Positions 1-10,854 of a stretch of DNA of 47,736 nt are shown piece by piece. The stretch spans positions 1 through 47,736 of the forward strand of contig NIVC01004387.1 in the NCBI GenBank assembly GCA_002269645.1. Reading direction: 5' to 3'. How positions within the stretch are numbered: position 1 is the first letter of the stretch; each line of letters opens with the position of its first letter. The stretch is from Macrostomum lignano. Its lineage: Eukaryota. Both the position numbers and the translations under genes were made by a program. The notes under the pieces were generated by a model. That model saw nothing but the letters and a program-made list of their open reading frames with translations, had not been told where the DNA came from and ran no database searches.

Positions 1-104
1 AGATGATGAGATACTAGTTATCAGGATGTTAAATATCGGCAAGCCCTTATTAGTTACTCAATAAACGGTCGTTGTCCTCCCACACCGCCCTTCCCACTCC
101 GCAG

Positions 105-255
105 TGTTCTTCCTAGACGAGCGGCTGCCGGTCCGTTCGGCGTGCTGCTGAATCACGATGACAAGTACGCCGAGGTGCGGAAGGCGGTGTCAGACAGGTT
201 CGGCATCGATCAGCGCCTCATTGTGCTGGCAGCGGTTATCTCTTCAACTGTGCTG
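105..255 (+). CDS. USP32: USP32-like exon (VFFLDERLPVR/FGVLLNHDDKYAEVRKAVSDRFGIDQRLIVLAAVISSTVL)
   Basis: Acceptor ccgcag|105 and donor 255|gttagc. The exon is 151 nt where phase logic needs 152. Not in the ORF track. Confidence 0.8.
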
Positions 256-3200
256 GTTAGCGTTGTATTTTTGGATTGATCGCACTACTACTCATTAGTA
301 GCAAGTAACGCATTTTTTAACTCAATTGTTTTAAATCTCGGCAGAACTTCCCATCGGACGAGCAACAGATTAAATATTTGGCTTCTGGTAGTTCGCTATT
401 CGCCTACCTGATGCCGTCAGCTGTGCCGATCGTGTCCGTGACCCCGGCCGTGACCCCAGCCGTGACCCCGGCTACCCGTCAGCCAGTTTGCAACGGCAGC
501 AATGGCCCCAGCGCCAACAGCCAGCTGTCAAGGAACAGCTCAGTGAACAGCCTGGCCGAGCAGTTGCCCGATCAGCAGCAGACACAAAGCCTGCAGTCAT
601 CCTCATCGTCCGCGTTGATGTCTAGAACTCTGGGATTTGCTCTAGTGTATCATCGAAAGCAGGTTCGCATGGATGTGTACTTTCTATCTTATCACAAAAC
701 CAGGCTGTCTCTGTTTAGCCTGCCATGCGTGCTGCCTCTGCTGCCGGATGAAGAACTCCGACGTTTATCGCTGCATTTGGATGCAGGTGAGCTGTTGTGC
801 GAATTGGCTAATCCCCTGGTGTTATGAGGGATTAGCGGCCCACTGACTCCCCAGGTGTTATGAGGGATTAGCGGACTAATGACTCCCCAGGTGTTTTGTT
901 ATGAGGGATAGCGGGCCACTGACTCCCCAGGTGTTATGAGGGATTAGCGGCCCACTGACTCCCCAGGTGTTATGAGGGATTAGCGGCCCACTGACTCCCC
1001 AGGTGTTGTGAGGGATTAGCGGACTACTGACTCCCCAGGTGTTATAAGGGATTAGCGGACTACTGACTCCCCAGGTGTTATAAAGGATTAGCGGCCCACT
1101 GACTCCCCAGGTGTTATAAGGGATTAGCGGCCCACTGACTCCCCAGGTGTTATGAGGGATTAGCGGCCCTCTGACTCCCGAGGTGTTATGAGGGATTAGC
1201 GGACCTCTGACTCCCCAGGTGTTATGAGGGATTAGCGGCCCTCTGACTCCCCAGGTGTTATGAGGGATTAGCGGACCTCTGATTACCCAGGTATTATAAG
1301 GGATTAGCGGACCTCTGATTACCCAGGTATTATAAGGGATTAGCGGACCACTTATTCGGAACGCTTAACATCCTACATCAACATCGATCCCGCAGGTGAA
1401 GCGCCTTGTAACTCCCAAGCCGGAGTTTCCCCATTCCAATCACGCCACCTTAGGCGACATGGTGGGCGCCTCCGGCGAGTATCCATTCCAGGTGAAGTGC
1501 ATCAATAGCACCGGTCTGGCCTGCGCCCTGTGTCCCTGGTACCGGTTCTGCCGCGGCTGCCTTGTGCCGTGCGACGATTCCATCTATGACACGTCACGCT
1601 CTGACCATCTGGCTGTAGACTGGGAGCATACAGCTTTGCACCTGCGCTATCAGGCCTCGCTAGAGAGGGACTTTGCTACTGATCCATCTTTGCAGCAATT
1701 GCAAAAGGTTTGCAGCTTGGGTTGTAAGCTTCTTTGTTTAGGGTTGCTGCTATAGTTCACGATCTCGTAATAATGCTTATAACTGGCTTAGGCGTCTCAT
1801 AACCTAGTCACCCTTAAAACGGTCCTGTGTCGTTCTAGGATTCAATAATGTCTGTCTAGGTGTCGCCATATCCACTCAGGCGTCCTTGGTACCCGTCCGT
1901 GTTCATATAGGCGTCCTTGGCACCCGTTCCATGTAAATATAGGCGTTCTTGGCACCCGTTCCATGTTCATATAGGCGTCCTTGGCACCCGTTCCGTGCTC
2001 ATAATAGGCGTCCTTAGAGTTGGCACCCGTTCCGTGTTCATATAGGCGTCCTTAGAGTTCGCACCCGTTCCGTGTTCATATAGGCGTCCCTGGCACTGTT
2101 GCGCTTCCGTTCCGTGCCCTGGACACTGTCCAGTGTTCATTTAGATATCCTTGACACTGTCCCATTTCTACCTAGAGGCGTCCATGACACTGTCCCGTGC
2201 CCATGTATGATAGTCTTTAACTCTCTTGGTTTCTTTATTATTGTTAATAAGTAGGAGAATGCGACTTTCTATTCTTTATCAAGGTTGTCGCCGAGCCAAT
2301 GAACCTGGACGCCTGCTTTCGCGCCTTCACCCGCGTCGAGGAGCTTAACGACAAGGACACCTATTTCTGCTCCAAATGCCGCGAGCACCGCACTGCCAGC
2401 CTGGCCATGCGGCTATGGCGCCTGCCTCCCATTCTCATTCTGCACCTCAAACGCTTCCACTTCGTGGCTAATCGGTGGTGAAGTCGCACAAAGTGGTCAC
2501 CTGTCCTACTCGCGGTCTCCGGCTGCAGCCGCACGCCAGTCCCGGGGCGCCCGCCGCCACAGACGATGCCCAATACCATCTCTACGCTGTGATCTGCCAC
2601 TCTGGCATACTGGGCGGCGGCCATTATGTGTCCTATGCGAGAAACTCCACCGGCCAGTGGTACCTGTTCAATGACAGCTCTGTCAAGGTGGGCGTCTGCC
2701 AAAATTATCTCATTACTATGCTAATGTGCTTTTACACGTGTTAGTTACTCTTCAGTTCATCTACTCTCTACAGTGTCGGCTATCTACTCTCTTGATCCAC
2801 TATCCACTCGCTCGATCCACTCTATACTCTTTCTCTCTCTACTCTCTCAGTCCACTCTCTACTCTCTCAGTCCACTCTCTACTCTCTCAGTCCACTCTCT
2901 ACTCTCTCAATCCACTCTCTACTCTCTCAGTCCACTCTCTACTCTCTCAGTCCACTCTCTACTCTCTCAGTCCACTCTCTACTCTCTCAGTCCACTCTCT
3001 ACTCTCTCAATCCACTCTCTACTCTCTCAGTTCACTCTCTAATCTCTCAGTCCACTCTTGACTCCTTCAGTCCACTCTGTACTCTATCTGTCTACTCTCA
3101 GTCTTTCTACAAATTACTTTGCACACTTATTCACATTCACGCCACATTGCAGCCGGTGTCTGAGGACCAAGTGGACATGACAACCGCCTATTTGTTATTC

Positions 3201-3326
3201 TACGAGCGGGACGATACTAAATTGGAGAAACTGCTGCCGGATGTCACCGGGAGGGCGCCGTGCGAGGGACCGATTCAGGAGGACGAGGTGGACACCGAGA
3301 TGCGCAAGATGTGCAGCCTGCAGTGA
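105..3326 (+). CDS. USP32: USP32-like ubiquitin carboxyl-terminal hydrolase, 3' part (5 exons: 105-255, 345-786, 1396-1707, 2284-2687, 3153-3326); 5' exons lie upstream of the window; three apparent frameshifts
   Basis: Spliced translation matches recalled USP32-specific blocks: LDERLPVR/FGVLLNHDDKY, NFPSDEQ, HRKQVRMDVYFLS, DVYRCIWMQ, CALCPWYRFCRGC, AVDWEHTALHLRYQ, EPMNLDACFRAF, LWRLPPILILHLKRF, the His box HSGILGGGHYVSYA...WYLFNDS, AYLLFYER and terminal CSLQ*. All introns are GT-AG. Frameshifts near 134, 750 and 2478. Confidence 0.9.
345..786 (+). CDS. USP32: USP32-like exon (NFPSDEQ...HRKQVRMDVYFLS...KNSDVYRCIWMQ)
   Basis: Acceptor ggcag|345 and donor 786|gtgagc. The frame changes near 750. 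Confidence 0.85.
818..1349. repeat. 36-bp minisatellite (gtgttatgagggattagcggcccactgactccccag), about 14-15 copies, filling a USP32 intron
   Basis: 36-nt period seen directly (for example unit starts at 931 and 967). Confidence 0.95.
1396..1707 (+). CDS. USP32: USP32-like exon (CALCPWYRFCRGC, AVDWEHTALHLRYQ)
   Basis: Acceptor ccgcag|1396 and donor 1707|gtttgc; phase 0-0. Confidence 0.9.
1879..2210. repeat. Degenerate ~30-bp minisatellite (taggcgtccttggcacccgttccgtgttcata)
   Basis: Recurring ggcgtcctt/cacccgttcc blocks inside the USP32 intron. Confidence 0.85.
2284..2687 (+). CDS. USP32: USP32-like exon with LHLKRF motif and catalytic His box
   Basis: Acceptor tcaag|2284 and donor 2687|gtgggc. 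The exon is 404 nt where 405 is needed: tggtg instead of tgggtg at about 2476-2480. Confidence 0.9.
2760..3105. repeat. 20-bp minisatellite (tctctcagtccactctctac)
   Basis: Direct periodicity in the last USP32 intron. Confidence 0.95.
3153..3326 (+). CDS. USP32: USP32-like terminal exon ending in CaaX (PVSEDQVDMTTAYLLFYER...RKMCSLQ*)
   Basis: Acceptor ttgcag|3153, AYLLFYER motif, stop TGA at 3324-3326. Confidence 0.9.
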   Translation, partial: PVSEDQVDMTTAYLLFYERDDTKLEKLLPDVTGRAPCEGPIQEDEVDTEMRKMCSLQ

Positions 3327-3349
3327 TGCCCGTCCCGACTCACTGACCG

Positions 3350-3351
3350 CC

Positions 3352-3388
<37 letters not shown>

Positions 3389-3482
3389 TTCTGTCTGTCT
3401 GCCTGTCTGCCTGTCTGCCTGTCTGTCTGTCTGTCTGTCTGCCTGTCTTTTTGTCTGCCTGGCTGTCTGTCTGCCTGGCTGG

Positions 3483-3537
<55 letters not shown>

Positions 3538-3701
3538 CCTGTCTGTCTGTCTGTTTGTCTGTATGTCTGCCTGTCTGTCTGTCTGTTTGTCTGTATGTCT
3601 CTCTGCCTGTCTGTCCGTCTGTCTGTCTGTGTCTGTCTGTCTGCCTGCCTGTCTGTCTGTCTGTCCATCTGTCCGTCTGTCCACCTGTCTGTGTGTCTGT
3701 C
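3350..3701. repeat. (CTGT)n microsatellite at the start of the USP32 3' UTR
   Basis: Tetranucleotide repeat starting about 25 nt after the stop; it explains several artefactual ORFs. Confidence 0.95.
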
Positions 3702-4584
3702 TAGCGCGCCAAAGACCCGCGCACTGATCCAGCTGGGCTGTGAGAACTGCAGACTGCGGCAAGCAAACAATAATCATCCCATTGTGATTTCCCTATTATT
3801 AGCTTTGCAGTGTTGCTTTTTCCCCGAATTGTTTGCGCATTCTCCAATCGCGATTGCTACATGCACTTTTGCCAGCGCCTCCGATGCTTCTTGCCCGTAT
3901 CCAGAGCGTGTGCAGGGGTTTGTAATGCTGTCCGATATAGATTATTGCTATGTGTAACAGTATGGCCGAGTAAAACACAGTTACTTCAATGGGGGCACAA
4001 TTACTATATGATAATATTGCTAACACCGTGTTGTATGGATATTCCTATTTATAGACATTTTGTGCGCTTTTTTATTTTTCTACAATTCAGACTTGTATCT
4101 GTAAGTTGATTTAGTAGGCGTAAGCGATGTTTCTATTTGAAGCGCTATGAAGCAGCGGCCAGCGGCTGACGCAGGTGGTGCCTTGCTATGTACACCTAAT
4201 TGTGTTTTCGATGTGCGAGTCTTCAATGGGAACACGTTCATGTATATTGGTCAGTTAAAAAAGGTTCAACGTGAGCCTCACGTTGGCTCGCCTGGCCGCT
4301 GCAAGCCCTCCTCTTATCAGTGCCACTTCTGTTGTCTAAGCTCTCCCATTCTCTAAGCAATATTCAGGACTTGCTATTCGAATGTAGAATAGATTATATA
4401 TATGCTATTGCTTATATATAATGCGTATTTGTTGGCTTGTGATCGATTTAATAATTCCGCGCTAAAAAAAATACAGACTCACCTGCGCCTTCTGATCCGC
4501 GTCTAACCTTGTCGCTTCTGTATTGTGCTGTTTTACTTATCCTAAATGGGATTTTCACTATTCCCTGTCTTACCATAGGGGCTG

Positions 4585-5220
4585 AGGACCTAGAATATGC
4601 CAAAATGGGATTCTTATGGTTCCATATCTCCCTGTATGAGTTGGCAGCCTAAAATATCCCAAAACGGGATTATTATGGTTCCATATCTCCCTGTATAAGT
4701 TGGCAGCCTAAAATATCCCAAAATGGGATTATTATGGTTCCATAACTCCCTGTGTGAGTTGGCAGCCTAAAATATCCCAAAATGGGATCATTATGGTTCC
4801 ATATCTCCCTGTGTGAGTTGGGAGCCTAAAATATCCCAAAATGGGATCATTATGGTTCCATATCTCCCTGTATGAGTTGACAGCCTAAAATATCCCAAAA
4901 TGGGATTATTATGGTTCCATATCTCCCTGTATGAGTTGACAGCCTAAAATATCCCAAAATGGGATTATTATTGTTCCATATCTCCCTGTATGAGTTGACA
5001 GCCTAAAATATCCCAAAATGGGATTATTATGGTTCCATATCTCCCTGTATGAGTTGGCAGCCTAAAATATCCCAAAATGGGATTATTATTGTTCCATATC
5101 TCCCTGTTTGAGTTGACAGCCTAAAAATCCCAAAATGGGATTATTATGGTTCCATATCTCCCTGTTTGAGTTGACAGCCTAAAATATCCCAAAATGGGAT
5201 TATTATGATTTCACATCTCT
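4585..5220. repeat. 59-bp tandem repeat, about 10-11 copies, each with a small hairpin (atccca-aaa-tgggat)
   Basis: The pattern shifts by 1 nt per 60-nt line, giving a period of 59. Confidence 0.95.
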
Positions 5221-6359
5221 CTGAACCCGCGAAGTCGTAGCTACTTATCAACTTATCTGGCACTTATTCAGCATTGTCTTTCTTCCCCCGTTTGTGAGTG
5301 ACTGGAATTGCTCCTTGTCCTTCCTCAGAGACTGTGACTTTGATTTTTGTCTTATATTGTTTCTTTCTAATTATTTTCCGAATAATATTCCTGATCTGCT
5401 CTCGTCCTGAGCTCCATTATCCCAATGGCTATCTGATTATTCGCATGCTTTCTAGTTGAAATTAATTTGATAATTCTTAACGCGATCGCAGCATGTCTTA
5501 TTAAATTTGTGTTTTTACCTTGATTGATGTTCTTCATCGCTTAACTCAAATGGCATATGCACATGTGTACATTGCTGCAACCTTGCTGATAGCGAACTGT
5601 TTAGTAGCAGGATATCAATGAATACACTTGTGTATTGTTGCGGTTTAGAACACTTCTATATAAATCTATTTATAAATAATATCATAATAAATATTCAATA
5701 CTAATGTGGGATAATTATATTGTTATTATGTGTACACACGGACTCGCAGCATTGGCTGGTTTATAACTAACACTGGGAGCTGATTTCAGCTTTCATTTTA
5801 CATGAATTTTTATTGAATTATAGTCAGTGATGAAGATAATGGTATTAGTCCCTAATTGGCACTGTCCCAAAATATATTCTGCTGTAGGTTTCGTCTATTT
5901 AATGATTTTAGTTCAAAATGAAAATACATTATTTATTATAAGTAGCTCGTATACAACTATGCAGTATCTCATCATTAATGATAAGAGTTTATCGCGCAAA
6001 CAGTTTTATATTGCACAAAGTCTGTTTGCTGTTCCAGTGGGCGGGTTGACACACACACACACACACACACACACAGTGCTCACCTGTTTGCATGCACCGG
6101 GTTTTCTTCATTGCGGAATGCGGAGCTCTATAAACTTTTGGCAATTTGCCCTCCAAATCGATATGAAAGCTGCTCATGAACAGTGAGTTGAGCTGTCAGT
6201 TGGCTGTTGGTTAGTGCGCATGCGTCAGCCCATGCAGTGCGTGGGCGGGGCGTCGGCGGATTGAATGGCTGGGCTAAGAGCTCGCATTGAATGTATTATA
6301 CGATACTGATTGCCAACAAAGGAAGTTGTCGCCGCATTTCTTTTTGGCATCCAAAATCA

Positions 6360-7157
6360 AGCCAAGAGACTGAGGGCGCCCATCAAGAGACAGGGGCGCT
6401 AATCAAGAGACAGGGGTACTCACCAAGAAATACGGGCACCCACCAAGAGAAAGGGGGCACCCACCAAAAGAAAGGGGCACCCACCAAGAGAAAGGGGCAC
6501 CCACCAAGAGAAAGGGGACCCACCAATAAACAGGGGCACCCACCAAGAGACAGTTAGCGGCCCACCAAGAGACAGGGGCACCCAACAAGAGACAGTGAGC
6601 GGCCCACCAAGAGACAGGGGCACCCACCAAGAGACAGTTAGCGGCCCACCAAGAGACAGGGGCACCCTAACTGAGACAGTTAGCGGCCCACCAAGAGACA
6701 GGGGCACCCACCAAGAGACAGTTAGCGGCCCACCAAGAGACAGGGGCACCCACTAAGAGACAGTTAGCGGCCCACCAAGAGACAGGGGCACCCACCAAGA
6801 GACAGTTAGCGGCCCACCAAGAGACAGGGGCACCCAACAAGAGACAGTTAGCGGCCCACCAAGAGACGGGCACCCTAACTGAGACAGTTAGCGGCCCACC
6901 AAGAGACAGGGGCACCCACCAAGAGACAGTTAGCGGCCCACCAAGAGACAGGGGCACCCACCAAGAGACAGTTAGCGGCCCACCAAGAGACAGGGGCACC
7001 CACCAAGAGACAGTTAGCGGCCCACCAAGAGACAGGGGCACCCAACAAGAGACAGTTAGCGGCCCACCAAGAGACAGGGGCACCCTAACTGAGACAGTTA
7101 GCGGCCCACCAAGAGACAGGGGCACCCACCAAGAGACAGTTAGCGGCCCACAAGAGA
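6360..7157. repeat. 20-bp monomer array grading into a 42-bp (20+22) dimeric array with core caccaagagaca
   Basis: caccaagagacaggggcacc alternates with caccaagagacagttagcggcc. Confidence 0.95.
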
Positions 7158-7935
7158 CATGTGTACATGTAATTTGAAATAAAAAAATATAGAAATTTTC
7201 TAATTGCTCGTCTGCGGGAAGATTTTCCAAGACAAATTGTAACAAGCCGCAAGTGACTGGCTGCGCAGAATCTCATAAATAGGTCTATTTACATTTCAAT
7301 GCAATTTTTTACCCCTAATTTCCGACAAACAGAACCAAAAACGGAAATGATTTGAGAAAATTAGAGAGAACAGTTGTTAATTCCAGATCCACATGAAAAT
7401 TCTCTTTAATACTATTTTAACACCCTGAGCTTGAGTCCACCTTGGGCCAGGAGTTCAGTTAAAACGTGAGTCAGCCAAGCTTTAAGTTGCACCACGTCTC
7501 CAAAAGTGTTAAAATCCTCACCCAAAACTCTGCACCTGCAGCTTCACATAGCAGCCACTGCATTTGCCGTTCCCATGGAGAAGGAAGGGATTTAGGTATG
7601 GGAAACTAAGTCTGCCAGGTGACGGACAGGCCCAGACGGTCACTAAGGTGGCGTTGGTTGGCTGTTGGCTTTATAGAACTGGATTTTCCATCTATTCAGG
7701 TGCAGAGTGTCACACTATTTCACCCCCCGTCTCTCTCTCGCACCTCTCCTTTATTGGCAAGTCCAAGGAAACTTTAAACCAGTGTCTGGAGTTGACAACT
7801 CTCCATCCCACATAAAATCCTCATTTTCATCCAGCCACTTACATGCAATACGACTAGGCATATTTTAACGTTTTACAATTTTCAACAAAAATGATCATAA
7901 TCCAAATACTAAAAAATGGTAATGATGCTATAGGG

Positions 7936-8478
7936 CAGGGGCCGGTAAACTATTTTCAACTTAAGGGCAGATAGAGAACCTAGCACAGGACTGCGGGTCA
8001 GAGAGAGGAGAGTGGAGAGGAGAGGAGAGAGGAGAGAGAAGTGAAAGTAGGAGAGAACGGGAGAGGAGGGGAGAGAGAGGAGGAGAGAGGGGAAAGAGGA
8101 GGGGAGAAGGGAGAGGAGGGGAGAGAGAAGATAGAGAAGGGGAGAAAGGAGATAGAGAGGAGGGGAGAGAGAAGTGAGGGAGGAGAGAGAGGAGAGGAGA
8201 CGAGTTGGGAGAGGGGAGAGGAGGAGAGAGGGGAAAGAGGAGGGGAGAAGGGAGAGGAGGGGAGAGAGAAGTGAGGGAGGAGAGAGAGGAGAGGAGACGA
8301 GTTGGGAGAGGGGAGAGGAGGAGAGAGGAGATGGGAGATGAGAAAAAAGAGGAGATTAGGGGAAAAAACTCAGAAGAGAAACAAGCCTTTATCGGGCCGA
8401 ATTGCTATTGTGAAGTTTCAAAGGACCCGACAGTGCCGGATAGAGAGGGCTTCATGGGCCGGAGTTTTGCGATTCCTG
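7936..8478. mobile_element. Putative hAT/Charlie-like MITE carrying a GA-rich interior
   Basis: Left end caggggccggtaaact and right end agttttgcgattcctg form an imperfect CAGG-start TIR. The 8-bp flanks ctataggg and ctacagga match at 6/8. The ends resemble recalled MER58-type termini. Confidence 0.5.
8000..8345. repeat. Polypurine GA-rich low-complexity tract with an internal duplication
   Basis: Almost exclusively G/A on the + strand. Confidence 0.9.
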
Positions 8479-8848
8479 CTACAGGAAAACACTGATTTGA
8501 AAGCTTAAAATCTACAAGCTACAGAAGCTACAAATTTTAACAAAATACAGTAGCTAGTATAGCTGTTCTAATTTAGTTTAGAAAACTTAAGTATGACAAG
8601 GTGACGTGTGTGACAAATTGGATACATACTCCAGTTACTCCAGATTTTTGGTCCAGAATCTCTTGTCAAGTCCCAATTTTTTGGGGGGCTGCCTGAGTCA
8701 CTTCAGCACTTCCCACGCCTCCACACACAGCACACAACAGCACAGCAGACGGTTGGGCACAGCAGCTTCAGAACTGACGCTGGCTGGCGGGGGAGGAGCT
8801 AAAAATAGAACACTGCCCCCCCCTGCCCCACCCCCTTCCAACGCCGGC

Positions 8849-8854
8849 TATAAA
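8849..8854 (+). promoter_or_regulatory. TATA box of the secreted-peptide gene
   Basis: TATAAA in a GC-rich context, 130 nt upstream of ATG 8979. Confidence 0.65.
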
Positions 8855-8978
8855 TGCGAGGCCCCGGCGGCGGCCTCCAAGCCCTCCACTTTTCTACGAA
8901 CTCATTCGCAACTGCCAGTCAGACGCAAAAGGCAAAAGAAGACAAAACAACAAAGGAGCAAGAAAGCAGACAGCAGAC

Positions 8979-9272
8979 ATGCAACGATTAAACGGCAGCC
9001 TTCTCATTGCTCTGGTATTCACCATGGCCCTGTGCATCGCCACACTGGACGCTGTGGCCCTGTCTCCATCCGGGGCTCTGCGACTGGAGCTGAACCGCAA
9101 CTCGGCCGCCAGCGAGACCTACTTGATGCGGCAGCGGCCGGATTCCGAGTCCCCAGCGGCAGCACTGCTCAGCCGAAAGCGACGCGGACCTGAGAACGTG
9201 CTCATGCGAGCCTACCAGTGCAACCTGTACCGGAAGCAGGGCAAGAAGCCGCCGCCCAGCCTGAAGTGCTGA
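8979..9272 (+). CDS. Intronless secreted prepropeptide (97 aa): signal peptide, RKRR convertase site, 28-aa C-terminal two-Cys peptide; family unknown
   Basis: Hydrophobic N-terminus (LLIALVFTMALCIATLDA), furin-type RKRR at residues 66-69, mature GPENVLMRAYQCNLYRKQGKKPPPSLKC. GC-rich like the other exons, with a TATA box upstream and AATAAA downstream. Confidence 0.8.
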   Translation: MQRLNGSLLIALVFTMALCIATLDAVALSPSGALRLELNRNSAASETYLMRQRPDSESPAAALLSRKRRGPENVLMRAYQCNLYRKQGKKPPPSLKC

Positions 9273-9714
9273 AGTGTCCTCCGCTCCGGCCGTTACACCA
9301 AATTTGACAGTTTAACTCTTGTGCTGCTCTCGCTAATTAGCGTTGCTATGATGCTGTGATGCTGTACTCTCTACATCATCAATGAATAGTTGAACTCAGC
9401 TAGGAAACTGGCTTTGTAATTGCGCTGGCCAACCAACTCAATTATTCCGCGAAGTTGTCTTTGAAATTTACATTATTTTAAATTTGTGCATGTTTATTCA
9501 GCTTGCTTCACGCGCAAACCAGTCACAACCCACATCTTTACACAGTTCATATGACCTCCAGCTGCTCATACCGCTTGTGCCCTCCTGACCTCAAGTGAGC
9601 TCGGCTCTCAGCTGTTTCTCATTGCTCACTAATTGCTCACAATTGAAAGTCTAAAAAAGTGCCGCCGATTGTATTCAATCGCAAATTTTCTGAGCATTTT
9701 TTGCTTATAAATTG

Positions 9715-9791
9715 AATAAAATAACTGACTGGATCAGAGTTCGATTAAACAAATCCTGCCTTGGATTTTATTTCTTCCGTCAATAAATAAA
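9715..9791 (+). terminator. Candidate polyadenylation signals for the peptide gene
   Basis: AATAAA at 9715-9720 and overlapping copies at 9782-9791. Confidence 0.5.
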
Positions 9792-10102
9792 CGAAAAGTT
9801 CGACGAGCCTGCACTTAAAGCATCGGCAAAATGAGGGCACAAGTGGAAGCAATTGAGCTGTCAGGTGGTATCTCTATGTGCCAGCGCCTATAGGCCCTGG
9901 CCTAGCCATGCTGTGCCAGCGTGCGCACCGCAGACACACAGAGGAGAACAGATAATAAGAAGACAGAGAGGAAGGAGTCACCGACTCTGCCACTTGCTCA
10001 CTGCAAGAGTTTGACTGCACTTAGAACTTTGTTACGGTAGGGGGGGGGGGTCGCCCAGCGCACAAGTTGCCAATGCAGATTGATGGGAATTTTCACGCTC
10101 GC

Positions 10103-10139
<37 letters not shown>

Positions 10140-10402
10140 TTTTAGCTTTCGCATTCCACCTATATAGTCTGGTTGCTCCTGGTTACCAGAGCGCGCCGGC
10201 CGGCATTGAAGTGTTTGTTTGTGGGTGGGGCGAGTAGTTATTTTATAGCAGCACTGCAGACCGAACTGGGAGGGCTGGCGCACAATGCACCCGGCCAGTA
10301 ATAGAGAAGCGATAGGAATGCGGCCACGAACTCCAACGTTTGCCAAGGAGTTCTAGATAAGTACATGTACATCTGGATAGAAAGTTAACTGCTAGCGAAC
10401 TG

Positions 10403-10752
10403 GCACTGATTTTGGCGCTTTGACATCAAACACCTAGCTGGCTTTGGGCACTGATTTTGGCGCTTTGACATCAAACACCTGGCTTTGGGCACTGATTTTG
10501 GCGCTTTGACATCAAACACCTAGCTGGCTTTGGGCACTGATTTTGGCGCTTTGACATCAAACACCTGGCTTTGGGCACTGATTTTGGCGCTTTGACATCA
10601 AACACCTAGCTGGCTTTGGGCACTGATTTTGGCGCTTTGACATCAAACACCTGGCTTTGGGCACTGATTTTGGCGCTTTGACATCAAACACCTGGCCTGG
10701 GCACTGATTTTGGCGCTTTGACATCAGACAACTGGCCTGGGCACTGATTTTG
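10403..10752. repeat. 41/45-bp alternating minisatellite (gcactgattttggcgctttgacatcaaacacct[agct]ggctttgg)
   Basis: Unit starts at 10403, 10448, 10489, 10534, 10575, 10620, 10661, 10701 and 10741. Confidence 0.95.
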
Positions 10753-10854
10753 ACACCCCTAGAGACAAACTTAGGATTAAAGAAGCTAACGAAAATCTAA
10801 GGATAGAACCTTGTTAGAAAAATTGCAAGCATACATGTAGCACCCTATATAACT

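Noticed and set aside
3195-3957. Long ORFs (191, 238 and 145 aa) over the CTGT tract
   Set aside because: These are stop-free translations of a tetranucleotide repeat in the USP32 3' UTR.
4585-5220. 59-bp array as a tandem ncRNA cluster
   Set aside because: There is only a 6-bp stem per unit and no Pol III boxes, Sm site or snoRNA boxes.
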